NCBI GenBank assembly: GCA_023150835.1
Contig: JAKLKB010000026.1
Location: forward strand, 1 to 57,885
DNA from: Myxococcota bacterium
Lineage (GTDB): Bacteria; Myxococcota_C; UBA6777
Direction: 5' to 3'
DNA length: 57,885 nt
The position numbers and the translations under genes were made by a program. Under the pieces are notes generated by a model. That model ran no database searches. It was not told where the DNA came from and saw only the letters and a program-made list of their open reading frames with translations. Shown here piece after piece: positions 20,397 through 29,963 of the stretch (its first letter is position 1; each line of letters opens with the position of its first letter).

Positions 20397-23300
20397 ATGA
20401 GAAATTACCGTTCCAGCGATTCCATCGAGGCTTTCGTTTTTAACGAAGAAACTCTCCACGCAGGAACCCGAGAAACACCCGCTGCTCTTCCTACGCACAC
20501 TCTTGCTGCCCTCACGCAACCCACCCTCTTGCACGAAGTCTTTGAGCGCCAAGTACGCCTCACCCCCGACAACGTGGCTGTCGAGTTTTTTGAAAAACGA
20601 CAACAACTCACCTACCGACAACTCAATGAAAAAGCCGATGCCATCGCAGTCCTATTGAAAGAACGTGGAATCAAAGCCAACGAGATCGTCGGACTTTATC
20701 TGCCCCGCAGCATCGAGCTTTACATCGCGATGCTCGGCATACTCAAAGCCGGAGGAGCTTATCTCCCGATCGATGTCGAATTTCCCGAAGAACGTATCCT
20801 CTTTACACTCGAAGATGCCGAAGCCCGCTTGGTGATCACGCACCAGCCGCTACTTCAACGCCTACAAAACAGCCCGAGCGAACCTCTTGAAATCCAAGAG
20901 TTGTTGCTGCAAGCCACCCAAATCACCCAAGACGATATCTGGCAGATCCGACAACAACGTGGAAATCCCCAAGATCTTTGTTATATCATCTACACTTCTG
21001 GCACAACAGGCCGTCCCAAGGGCGTTTGCATCTCTCACCTCAACGTCATGACGTTCGTTCAAGCGATCATCGATTTGTACGAGATGAACGAACAAGATCG
21101 CGTACTGCAAGGCTTTTCGACCGCGTTTGATGCCTCCCTCGAAGAGATCTGGATGGCCTTTTCCGCAGGCGGAACCTTGGTGATCGGCACACAAGACACC
21201 ATGCGCGCCGTCGACGAACTCCCCCACAAGCTCCGAGAAATGGAGATCTCCGCTTTCTCCACCGTCCCGACATTGCTCGGCGTCATGGCCAAAGAAGAAC
21301 TCCCCGCCTTGCGCCTGTTGATCTTTGGTGGAGAAGCCGCCCGCGCAGACATCATCGAAAAATGGGCGGCTCCACACCGGCGATTGATGAACGGCTACGG
21401 GCCGACCGAGTGTTCCGTAGTCTGCACCTTTACATGGTGTCAGCCCCACGAACCCGTCACCATCGGCGGCCCCCTCCCTCGCTACGAGATCGCCGTCATG
21501 GACGCCCAACTTCAAAAAGTCCCGCACGGCCAAGAAGGCGAACTGTGCGTCGGAGGCCCCGGCGTCTCTTTGTTGGGCTATCTGAAACGTCCCGATCTGA
21601 ATAAAGAAAAATTCTTTACTCAAAACGGCATCCGCTACTATCGGACAGGCGACCTTGTCCGGCTCAACGATCAAGGCAAGCTGCTCTACTTGGGGCGCAT
21701 CGACTCACAAGTCAAGATTCGCGGATACCGCGTAGAACTCGAAGAGATCGAAACACATCTCATCCAAGCGCTTACCCGCACAAACGATCTCAACCATCGC
21801 TGCGAGGGCGCGATCGTCGCCGTTCAACAAGACGAAACGGGCGCCCCCCATCTCGTGGCCTTTTTGCTCCAAGAGCAGCCTTCTCCCTTTTCGATCCAAA
21901 CGCTCTTGGCTCCTTTGCGCGAAAAGATGCCCTCCTACATGATCCCAACGCAGGTCGTCTCGCTCGCCCCCACCGCCATCCCGCGCATGAACAGCGGAAA
22001 AGTCGATCGCCGCGCACTACCCGCCTTTTCTGCCTGCACAGCCTTGAGCCACGAAGCCGCCGATACCTCGTGGGATTCTCCCCTCGCAGAGGGCGCTTCG
22101 ACAGAACAACGCCTTCACCATATCTGGCGCAGCGTCCTACAACAGCCGATCGGCCTCGAAGACTCCTTCTTTGATTGGGGCGGAAACTCCGTTCTTGCCG
22201 CCCAAGTCATCTCGCGCTGCCGCCAAGACGCCGAACTCTCGATCCTCAGCATCCGCGATCTCTATCAACATGAAAATGTTCGTAAATTACTTCTGCGCTT
22301 GCGCGAGCGCCAACAAGCCTTGCGCCCCCAAAACGCTCCAAACCAAGCGTCTTTCACTGACGCCTCCACCCACACAGGCTCCCAAGCTCTCCCCAAACCC
22401 TACCGCGTGGCTTACACCAAGTTTTTGGCGGTTGCCACTTCGCAGCTTGCCTTGATGCTGGTGGGTCTGCTCGCTGGCTCGATCTTCTTCTTTGGCAGCA
22501 TCTACACCGCCTTCCATCTGACCAAACAGACCTACAACGCCTCGCCTGCTCAGCTCCCCTCCTTCGGCCCGCTGCTGTGGGTCGGGGCCGCGATCGCATT
22601 CTTCTTGCTTTTGCCTGCGCTATTTTTTGTCGGTGGCGTGTTCTGGGCGCTCTTTGTCAAGTGGGTATTGGTGGGACGATTTGAAGAAGGAGATTATCCT
22701 GTTTGGAGTTGGGGATATTTCCGATGGTGGATCCATAAAACCCTGATGGGTCCTGCCCGAGCCTTGGCCGAATCTTTTGTGGGGACGCCCTTTGCGCCGT
22801 TCTTTTATCGCATCTTGGGCGCAAAGATCGGAAAAGACGTATACATCGGCATTCCGCTTCACGAACCCGACCTGCTCACGATCGGAGACGGAGCCACTCT
22901 TTCGGATGGCGCGAACCTTCGCACGCATGCGTTTGAGCGTGGCATCCTCAAACTGCGGCGCATCCATATCGGTGCGCATACATTTGTCGGTTCACAAGCC
23001 ATCGTACGAGGTGGGGCGCGGATGGAAGAAGGCTCTCGCCTGCATCCGCTTTCTTGCCTGATCGAAAACACCGTCTGTCCGCCTTCTTCCGAATGGCGTG
23101 GCTCTCCTGCCGCGCCGATCCAAGAACCCACCAACCTAACCACGCTGCTCGACCAACACGACCAACAAACTCGTCCCGAGGCTGGCTGGGGACGTTTCCG
23201 AGATCGTCTGAGTGTCTTCTTTTGGCAATCCGCCTACTCTTACGTCTTTCAGCTCATCCGCAGCGTCCCTTACCTGATTGAATTTGCTGCATTACTGGCC

Positions 23301-24605
23301 CTACAGTACACAACAGGCGCAGTCCTCGCGCTCAACCTCTGGATCTTGCTCCCTGCCACCTTGTTGTTCTCAACGCTGCGTTTCTATCTGTTGCTCGCAT
23401 CGATCATCGCTGCAAAGTGGCTGCTCACAGGCCGCGCCGTCGCTGGAACGTACGCGATCAACAGCCGAGAGTTTGTGAAACGCTGGTTTACAGCGCGCCT
23501 GATGCACTTGTTTGTCGATCCGGGCGGAACTCGCGGTGTCACCGAAACGATGCTGATGCCCTACGCTTGCCGTTGGTTGGGCATGAAAGTTGGGAAGAAC
23601 TCGGAGATATCGGATGCTCGCGGATGGCAGCCTGATCTGATCTCGATCGGTGACGGCGTGATGATCGCGGACGCTTGTTATATCGGCGCTCCTGTGATCC
23701 ATCGCGGTCTGATCACCTTGGCAGAAGTGCAGATCGGAGATCGCTGCTTTGTCGCCAACGCCGCACACATCCCGATCACCACCCCCCGCGTGGAAAACGG
23801 TTGCCTTGTCGGTGTTCTCTCCATCGCGCCCGATAAAATGGAAGTCGGAAGCGACTGGTTGGGTTCTCCTCCCATGCGACTTCCTCGCCGTATTCGTCAT
23901 ACTCCTCCCGATGCGCTCACATGGCATCCTCCCAAACATCTGATCATCGCACGCGGCATCTTCAACTATTTCAAGATGGTCACACCCGGAATGCTCCCCG
24001 AGATGCTCTTTTGGATCACGCTCAAGATCAGCGTCCTCGCTTACTTGAGCGCCTCGCTGGCGGCCTTCTTCCTGCTGTTTCCCCTGATCATGTTTGCCTC
24101 GACCTTCGCCACATTGATGTTGCCTGTCGCCGCCAAGTGGCTTTTAATCGGCCGCTACAAAAGCGGCGAACGCTTCTTTTGGACGTATTGGATGTGGCGC
24201 TCCGAAGTGGCCTACGAGATCGAACTCTTCATCATGTCCAGCTTTGGCGAAGCCCTTGGAGGAACCCCGCTCATGGCTTGGTGGTACCGCATCAAAGGAA
24301 CCCAGATCGGCAAAGCCGTTTGTATCTTTGGAGGTGTCGTCATGGAGGCCGATCTCACAACGATTGGAGATTACACCTGCATCGAAGGATTCTTACAAAC
24401 TCACCTGTTCGAAGATCGCGTCATGAAGCTCGATGAAGTCCGTATCGGCTCCGATTGCACCGTTGGAAACGAAGCTTGCGTTCTCTATTCCTCGAAGATG
24501 GGCGACTGCTCCAGCCTCGCTGATCTTTCGCTGATTATGAAAAGCGAAACCTTCTTACCGAACCACCACTACCGTGGTATCCCCGCAGAAAACGTCCCCG
24601 CTTAA
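20397..24605 (+). CDS. Pls/PosA-family membrane-bound NRPS-like enzyme (A-T-TM / three left-handed beta-helix-like C domains)
   Basis: YTSGTTGRPKG, FDAS, NGYGPTE, YRTGD, QVKIRGYRVE and SGKVDR motifs, with PCP FFDWGGNS. Three repeats of KW.L.GR..G.Y..W plus LGAKIG/LGMKVG/KGTQIG follow, ending LQTHLFEDRVMK. Confidence 0.93.
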   Translation: MRNYRSSDSIEAFVFNEETLHAGTRETPAALPTHTLAALTQPTLLHEVFERQVRLTPDNVAVEFFEKRQQLTYRQLNEKADAIAVLLKERGIKANEIVGLYLPRSIELYIAMLGILKAGGAYLPIDVEFPEERILFTLEDAEARLVITHQPLLQRLQNSPSEPLEIQELLLQATQITQDDIWQIRQQRGNPQDLCYIIYTSGTTGRPKGVCISHLNVMTFVQAIIDLYEMNEQDRVLQGFSTAFDASLEEIWMAFSAGGTLVIGTQDTMRAVDELPHKLREMEISAFSTVPTLLGVMAKEELPALRLLIFGGEAARADIIEKWAAPHRRLMNGYGPTECSVVCTFTWCQPHEPVTIGGPLPRYEIAVMDAQLQKVPHGQEGELCVGGPGVSLLGYLKRPDLNKEKFFTQNGIRYYRTGDLVRLNDQGKLLYLGRIDSQVKIRGYRVELEEIETHLIQALTRTNDLNHRCEGAIVAVQQDETGAPHLVAFLLQEQPSPFSIQTLLAPLREKMPSYMIPTQVVSLAPTAIPRMNSGKVDRRALPAFSACTALSHEAADTSWDSPLAEGASTEQRLHHIWRSVLQQPIGLEDSFFDWGGNSVLAAQVISRCRQDAELSILSIRDLYQHENVRKLLLRLRERQQALRPQNAPNQASFTDASTHTGSQALPKPYRVAYTKFLAVATSQLALMLVGLLAGSIFFFGSIYTAFHLTKQTYNASPAQLPSFGPLLWVGAAIAFFLLLPALFFVGGVFWALFVKWVLVGRFEEGDYPVWSWGYFRWWIHKTLMGPARALAESFVGTPFAPFFYRILGAKIGKDVYIGIPLHEPDLLTIGDGATLSDGANLRTHAFERGILKLRRIHIGAHTFVGSQAIVRGGARMEEGSRLHPLSCLIENTVCPPSSEWRGSPAAPIQEPTNLTTLLDQHDQQTRPEAGWGRFRDRLSVFFWQSAYSYVFQLIRSVPYLIEFAALLALQYTTGAVLALNLWILLPATLLFSTLRFYLLLASIIAAKWLLTGRAVAGTYAINSREFVKRWFTARLMHLFVDPGGTRGVTETMLMPYACRWLGMKVGKNSEISDARGWQPDLISIGDGVMIADACYIGAPVIHRGLITLAEVQIGDRCFVANAAHIPITTPRVENGCLVGVLSIAPDKMEVGSDWLGSPPMRLPRRIRHTPPDALTWHPPKHLIIARGIFNYFKMVTPGMLPEMLFWITLKISVLAYLSASLAAFFLLFPLIMFASTFATLMLPVAAKWLLIGRYKSGERFFWTYWMWRSEVAYEIELFIMSSFGEALGGTPLMAWWYRIKGTQIGKAVCIFGGVVMEADLTTIGDYTCIEGFLQTHLFEDRVMKLDEVRIGSDCTVGNEACVLYSSKMGDCSSLADLSLIMKSETFLPNHHYRGIPAENVPA

Positions 24606-24644
24606 ATCACCACCACTGGGTATCCCCGCAGAAAACGCCCCCGA

Positions 24645-25457
24645 TCAAAAAAGAGTGGGGATTTGTACAGAAAAAGCAGGCAAGAGCGCAGGACACCGCG
24701 ATAGACAAACCAACGACTCGTGCAGGTGCTTGGCCGCCCAATACAGTTGCGCCACCACCTTCGCGGGTTCTTGCGTTTCTTGAAGGGCTAATGTGGGTAT
24801 TTTTTCTGACGTATGAAAAAGGCCCGCATCCTCAGTACTTGTTCTCGCTTCTTTTCGATTTTCCTCCGTAAGCAACGAACAAATGTTCGGCCTCACAACA
24901 TCCGACGGCGAAAACCCAAGAGAGGCCAACTGCTTTTGATAACGCCAAAAAAGACTTTCCAAACCACGTGCAGACCAGCCGGGCAAATAATCGTATGGCG
25001 GCGGTGGGAGTTCAAAGTCCGGCAAGCGCACACGGCGCAGCCCCTCATCCAAAAACCCGCGTAAAGCAGATGCTGTCGTCGGCAATGGCCCGTTCATCCC
25101 CAACCAAGACAAGACTTCTTCACCGTACGAAGCCACAAGATGCTGACGCAAGTGTTCGATCTCTCGCAAAAGCTCCCCCAAACGCCGCTGCCGCTCATTT
25201 TCGCCAACGTCCTCTTGCGACGCTTCGCGCAACAACGCCCCTTCCCAACCCAACAGCGCGATCTCTAACCGCGCACGCAACGCTGCAACAAAACCTTCGA
25301 TGTGCTCTTGCACCTGAAAGGGATCGAGATCGGATGTCATCGTGCTTTGAACGCGTTCCACCGCGACATACAGCAGATGCGGTACATGAACCTGCAAGTC
25401 TCGCAACAACGCACGTACTTGCTCGACAGAAGGGGGGCGGAAAGGATGCTCGATCAT
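24645..25457 (-). CDS. Hypothetical helical protein
   Basis: ORF 24645..25538, with ATG at 25457 preceded by AGGAG. No recognisable motif. Confidence 0.55.
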   Translation of the reverse strand: MIEHPFRPPSVEQVRALLRDLQVHVPHLLYVAVERVQSTMTSDLDPFQVQEHIEGFVAALRARLEIALLGWEGALLREASQEDVGENERQRRLGELLREIEHLRQHLVASYGEEVLSWLGMNGPLPTTASALRGFLDEGLRRVRLPDFELPPPPYDYLPGWSARGLESLFWRYQKQLASLGFSPSDVVRPNICSLLTEENRKEARTSTEDAGLFHTSEKIPTLALQETQEPAKVVAQLYWAAKHLHESLVCLSRCPALLPAFSVQIPTLF

Positions 25458-25951
25458 CGTTGAAAACTCCTGCACTTTGCCATCGCAAAACGTCCGCGCC
25501 CCACGCAAACGACACACCACACCAACCCACCCAAACAAACCTACACGAACATACGAAGATCTCTACGCTTTTTCACAACTCCTGTTTTTTATTTGGACGC
25601 TCCGAACGCAGATCTGTCCAAGTTTTGGACAGGCCGACGTTTGAGATCTGGACAGACGAGTGTCTCGAATCTGAACAGTCATACGATACCCGAGTGATGT
25701 ACACAGAGGAGAATACGTAGACGCCTTGTGCTTGGGCAGAACAGGGGGCTGCCTCACCCTTTTTACGATCACACAACGGGCGGATCTCGTACCACTTCTG
25801 TCCAAGATCCGAACAAGGGTTGCTTGGAAGAAGTTGGGCGCGGATGCAAAAGGGACAACTCTTTGCGCGATCCTTCGATAATTTCGCGTTGCTTTTGTAC
25901 AACCCGATCACGGCGCATGATGCGCCCCCCCAACCGAACGGAGATCAACCG

Positions 25952-28900
25952 ATGCCCATCAAAAACGATCCAAGCGTCGTCCGCCAACAGCTTCAACAAG
26001 CCTTGAAGAACGGCGTACTCAGCCAAGGTGAATCCAGCAAGATCTTGAAATCCATCGAAAAAGACGGTGTCACACAAAGCGAAGTGGATACTGTCGTGGA
26101 AACCCTCAAGCAAGCCTTGGGCGACGGCATCAGCGGCACAAAGCTCGATACCAGCACCGCTTCGCGCCGCGCCACCGTCAACCAACTCTTGGGTCAACTC
26201 GACAACAAACAGCCGCTGTCCGTCGAAGGGCGAGAAAGAGCACGCACAGGCTCCGTCAGTTGGCTGGATCTGATGGTTCAGCAAAACAGCTTCACAGGGG
26301 CGATCGAGCCGCTCGCCGAAAAGTCCTTCGCAAGAGGCGTTGTGGGCGTCGAAGATGACGGATCCTTGGCCCTTGACAACACGCTGCTCAAGATGGACTC
26401 GCAACCCGCCTCAGCCCAACTCAACGAAGCCCTCTGGAGCCTCACCAAGTCCGGCCAGATGCAAAGCGTCCCCACAGACCGCTTGGGCGCGCTCCAAGAA
26501 AAACTCGTCCAAGTGATGCAAACCCAACTCTCCGTCGAACAAGAAGCACCCGGAAAATACCGTCGATTTACCGCTGCCACCGCCGCTGCGGGGGCGCTCG
26601 CAGACACCGCCGAAAAATGGGACGCCAAGACCATCGACGCTGCTTTGGCCCAAGCCAAAACCGCCCCCACGCCCCTCATGCAAGCCCTCTTGCTGCGTGG
26701 TCTGGAAAAAGCCACCCTCAGCGATACCCAAAAAGCCACCCTCGCCGAGATCAAAAAACCCGATCAATCCGAAAAGATCCTCGAAACCTTCGACAAACTT
26801 CGTACAGAAAACCTGCAAATCGATTGGAAAAAAGTCGACGGTGAGACTGCGCAATTTGGCTTGAACGCTTTGACTTTCGCCAAAAATGAGGCCGCCGTTG
26901 AGAACATCACCAACGGAATGAAAACATGGAAAGATCTGAACAACGACTACAGCAAGCCTTGGGATGGTGAAGAAGTCGGACACATGAGCCGCGTCCTCGA
27001 AAGCTATGTCGAAAAATACCCCCAAGCCTCCTTTGTGTACGGCACATTCGCCACAGGCGCCCCAAAAGAGATCGCCAACATCACCAACGCACGCGCCATC
27101 GAGTCGCTGACACCTGCTCTTGACGCCAATCCGCCCAAGTTCGGGACTTTCCCGTTGACCAAAGACCAAGCCGCTTTCGTCAAAACGCTGCTGCCCAACC
27201 TCCAAGACAAAGCAGCCGCTGAACGCCTAGAGCGTTCGCTCCAACAAGCAGGCGCCCTCTTCTCCAACCAACTCCCTTCCTCTTGGGGAACACCCACCTC
27301 GCCCTCTCAACCCATGCCTCCCGCCGCCTTTGAGATGTTCAAAGAGGCCGTGACCCCGTACCAAGAACAAGCAGGCGGCACAGCCACAGGGAAACTGGAC
27401 TACACAGAATTTCAAAAGAATTTTACGACACAAGTCAAAGATCTCCACACGCAACTCAAACCCCGCCTCAGCGAACTCAGCGCAACCCCACCTCGTTGGG
27501 GAACCACCCAACTCTCCACAGAAGCCGCGCAGTACGTCAAAGGGCTGCTCCAAGACAACCTGCGTTCCAGCATGAGCCTCGACAACATCGGTCGCGCCCT
27601 TGAAGTCGTGAGCAAGCACCACGGCGGCCCCATCCAAGGCGACAGCCTCACACAACTCCGCAACATCATCTCCGACTACAAAGCCGAATGGCCCGATCGC
27701 ACCACCTTTGACTTCAACAAACTTGAACGCATCGCCTCCTACAAAGTCCAAGGCAAAGAAGTTCCGCTGTGTACCATCAACGGAAAGCCCGTTGGCTTGG
27801 CCGATTTCTACAACAAAGTCGGTCTTGATGTCCGAACTGCCGTCAAAGCCGATACATTGCGCCATCCTTGGCAAGCGGATCGCATCGGACTACGTGGGCG
27901 CGAAGCTGTCGAGATCTTGGATGTCGTCGCAGAACAAACCCTACGCGGAGAAGGCCCCGTCGCTGCGTTGCGTAAGCAATTCCCCAACGCGACCGTCGAA
28001 GTCCTTGCTACCGGCCAAGACGGCGGACACCAGCAATTCATCTATCAAGTCCAAAACAACGGGCGCCAGCAACTGTTCGCCCAAGGCTCCGACGGTGCCA
28101 TCCAGCCCTACAATGGCCGCACCGAACCCGCGCTATTTCGCGCAACCATCGGAAAAGAAGGCGAGATCAACGTCCAAGTCCCCCAAAGCATCGACGGACG
28201 CCGCTATGTCTTGCAAACCAACTACGGTGTCGGCGACAAGATCGATATGGAATGGTACGATCCTCGCGGAAGCACCGTCGCTGAAGAAGGCAAGCCCTTT
28301 GAAAGCAATCACCGTGTACTCCAAGCCGAGATCCTTTCCTTCGATGCCAACGGCAACTACACCGTCCGCTACACCCCACCCAACGCCACCGAACCCACCA
28401 CCAAAACTCTCCCTCTCGCAGATATCCGCCGCGCAAACAACCCTCACTACTTTAAGCCGCTCTCGTCTTCTTATTCGGATGTGACCATCAACGTCAACAC
28501 CGATCCCGCGCTCAAAGAGTTTCTCCAAAACGCACAGCCCGTCATCGATCGCTACCTCCCCCAAGACGGCTCGCTCGTTGGACTCAGCGCTGATCAACTC
28601 GCCAAACGCCAAAAAGAGTGCATCTCCGCCCTAATGGACTACACCTCCCATATCGTCAAATACCCTAGTGACAAGGGCAGTTCGGACGCTAACTCCCAAG
28701 GCTACCACAAACTCCTCGAAGACAACTACCGCGTTCCGCTCGGCGAGTTGGTCAAGCTTGGTCGCGGTGTCTGCCGTCACCAGTGCATCTTGGAACATCT
28801 GTTGTTGCAACAAGCAGGCATCGATTCCCGCCTTGCATCGGGAGCCGCCAACACCTCGTCGGGTGGCTTCCGTGGCTACCACATCTGGGCCGAAGTCTCG

Positions 28901-29047
28901 CTCGCCGATGGAAGCCGTTTCCTCTCCGACCAGACGTGGAGCGATCCCACCGTCCCGCTCTGGGATGGCGCGTACAGCACCGACAAACGCCGTATCGAAA
29001 TGTACGATCGAACCGCCCGCTACGACTCCAATATGGTCCTCGAATAG
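25952..29047 (+). CDS. Large protein with C-terminal transglutaminase-like (Cys-His-Asp) domain
   Basis: GVCRHQCIL..LLQQAGIDSRL..G..YHIWAEV..FLSDQTW. ATG at 25952 after GGAG; no signal peptide. Confidence 0.8.
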   Translation: MPIKNDPSVVRQQLQQALKNGVLSQGESSKILKSIEKDGVTQSEVDTVVETLKQALGDGISGTKLDTSTASRRATVNQLLGQLDNKQPLSVEGRERARTGSVSWLDLMVQQNSFTGAIEPLAEKSFARGVVGVEDDGSLALDNTLLKMDSQPASAQLNEALWSLTKSGQMQSVPTDRLGALQEKLVQVMQTQLSVEQEAPGKYRRFTAATAAAGALADTAEKWDAKTIDAALAQAKTAPTPLMQALLLRGLEKATLSDTQKATLAEIKKPDQSEKILETFDKLRTENLQIDWKKVDGETAQFGLNALTFAKNEAAVENITNGMKTWKDLNNDYSKPWDGEEVGHMSRVLESYVEKYPQASFVYGTFATGAPKEIANITNARAIESLTPALDANPPKFGTFPLTKDQAAFVKTLLPNLQDKAAAERLERSLQQAGALFSNQLPSSWGTPTSPSQPMPPAAFEMFKEAVTPYQEQAGGTATGKLDYTEFQKNFTTQVKDLHTQLKPRLSELSATPPRWGTTQLSTEAAQYVKGLLQDNLRSSMSLDNIGRALEVVSKHHGGPIQGDSLTQLRNIISDYKAEWPDRTTFDFNKLERIASYKVQGKEVPLCTINGKPVGLADFYNKVGLDVRTAVKADTLRHPWQADRIGLRGREAVEILDVVAEQTLRGEGPVAALRKQFPNATVEVLATGQDGGHQQFIYQVQNNGRQQLFAQGSDGAIQPYNGRTEPALFRATIGKEGEINVQVPQSIDGRRYVLQTNYGVGDKIDMEWYDPRGSTVAEEGKPFESNHRVLQAEILSFDANGNYTVRYTPPNATEPTTKTLPLADIRRANNPHYFKPLSSSYSDVTINVNTDPALKEFLQNAQPVIDRYLPQDGSLVGLSADQLAKRQKECISALMDYTSHIVKYPSDKGSSDANSQGYHKLLEDNYRVPLGELVKLGRGVCRHQCILEHLLLQQAGIDSRLASGAANTSSGGFRGYHIWAEVSLADGSRFLSDQTWSDPTVPLWDGAYSTDKRRIEMYDRTARYDSNMVLE

Positions 29048-29217
29048 TCCCCCTCCATAGCCTCCCTCGAATAGTCTCCCTCACCACCACGCCCCACCAA
29101 GCCAACAAGCCGCTCCTCTCTCTCATAAGACTTACGCAGTTGCCAGAAAAATCCGTGTTCGTGACACTTCAAGCGAGAGAGTCGCTGATTTGAAAGACAG
29201 TGATCTCTTCGCCCGTA

Positions 29218-29266
29218 CGGGGTCAAGGGGCCTTCGGTCGCCTGCGGGGCATGGGGCAGCGCCCCA
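29218..29266 (-). repeat. Dispersed palindromic element (..CCCTTGACCCCG family), full copy
   Basis: Reverse complement TGGGGCGCTGCCCCATGCCCCGCAGGCGACCGAAGGCCCCTTGACCCCG. Confidence 0.75.
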
Positions 29267-29327
29267 TAGGCGTTAGGTGAAGCCACATCTCGCGGGCATC
29301 ACGCAGAGGATATCGAAAAGAAGAGTT

Positions 29328-29579
29328 CACGGAAATCACGGAAATCACGGAAAATACGGAAAGCACGGAAATCACGGAAATCACGGAAATCACGGAAATC
29401 ACGGAAAGTTCGGAAAGCACGGAAAGCACGGAAAGTTCGGAAAGCACGGAAAGTTCGGAAAGCACGGAAAGTTCGGAAAGTTCGGAAAGCACGGAAAGTT
29501 CGGAAAGTTCGGAAAGCACGGAAAGCACGGAAAGTTCGGAAAGCACGGAAAGTTCGGAAAGCACGGAAAGTACGGAAAG
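29328..29579. repeat. Intergenic 9-bp minisatellite x28 (NNCGGAAAN)
   Basis: Units CACGGAAAT, CACGGAAAG, TTCGGAAAG and TACGGAAAG with an invariant CGGAAA core. Confidence 0.97.
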
Positions 29580-29617
29580 TGCGGCGACGGGGTTTCTCTG
29601 TGCGCTCAGACTTTCTG

Positions 29618-29862
29618 CCTTCCTCCCCCTCGCGGCAGCAGCGAGGCTTTGCGAGCGTCGCAGGGAGAGGAGACGCCCGAAGGGCAGGGGTGAGCGTCAC
29701 GCGATTTGTCCCCCAGTAAGAGCCAAAGACCGTGAACAGGGGAGGGAGAGAAAGTCGGAGGCAGCGAGGTTTTGGTGTTCCATGCCACACGCTGTTTGCA
29801 CGAGAGAGCGTCTTTGCCTGCTCCAACTTCCCCCCGTGAACAGGGGGGATTGAGGGGGGGGC
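29618..29862. repeat. Cluster of degenerate GC-rich palindromic elements
   Basis: CCTCCCCCTCGC..GGGAGAGG..GGGGTGAG; GTGAACAGGGG occurs twice; CCCCCGTGAACAGGGGGGATTGAGGGGGGG. Confidence 0.55.
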
Positions 29863-29963
29863 GAGCAAAAGAAAAGGCGATCAAGACCGACTCGACGAGG
29901 TTTCCACCTTCACCTAACGCTTATGAGGCAGCGCTCCACAAAAACCTTCCAACCGCGCAAGTT

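Noticed and set aside
24576-24649. Mini CRISPR (GGTATCCCCGCA resembles the start of type I-E repeats)
   Set aside because: Only two copies, about 12 bp apart and not palindromic. The first is the coding 3' end of the NRPS gene.
29328-29579. CRISPR array
   Set aside because: Contiguous 9-bp units with no unique spacers, and no cas genes in the window.
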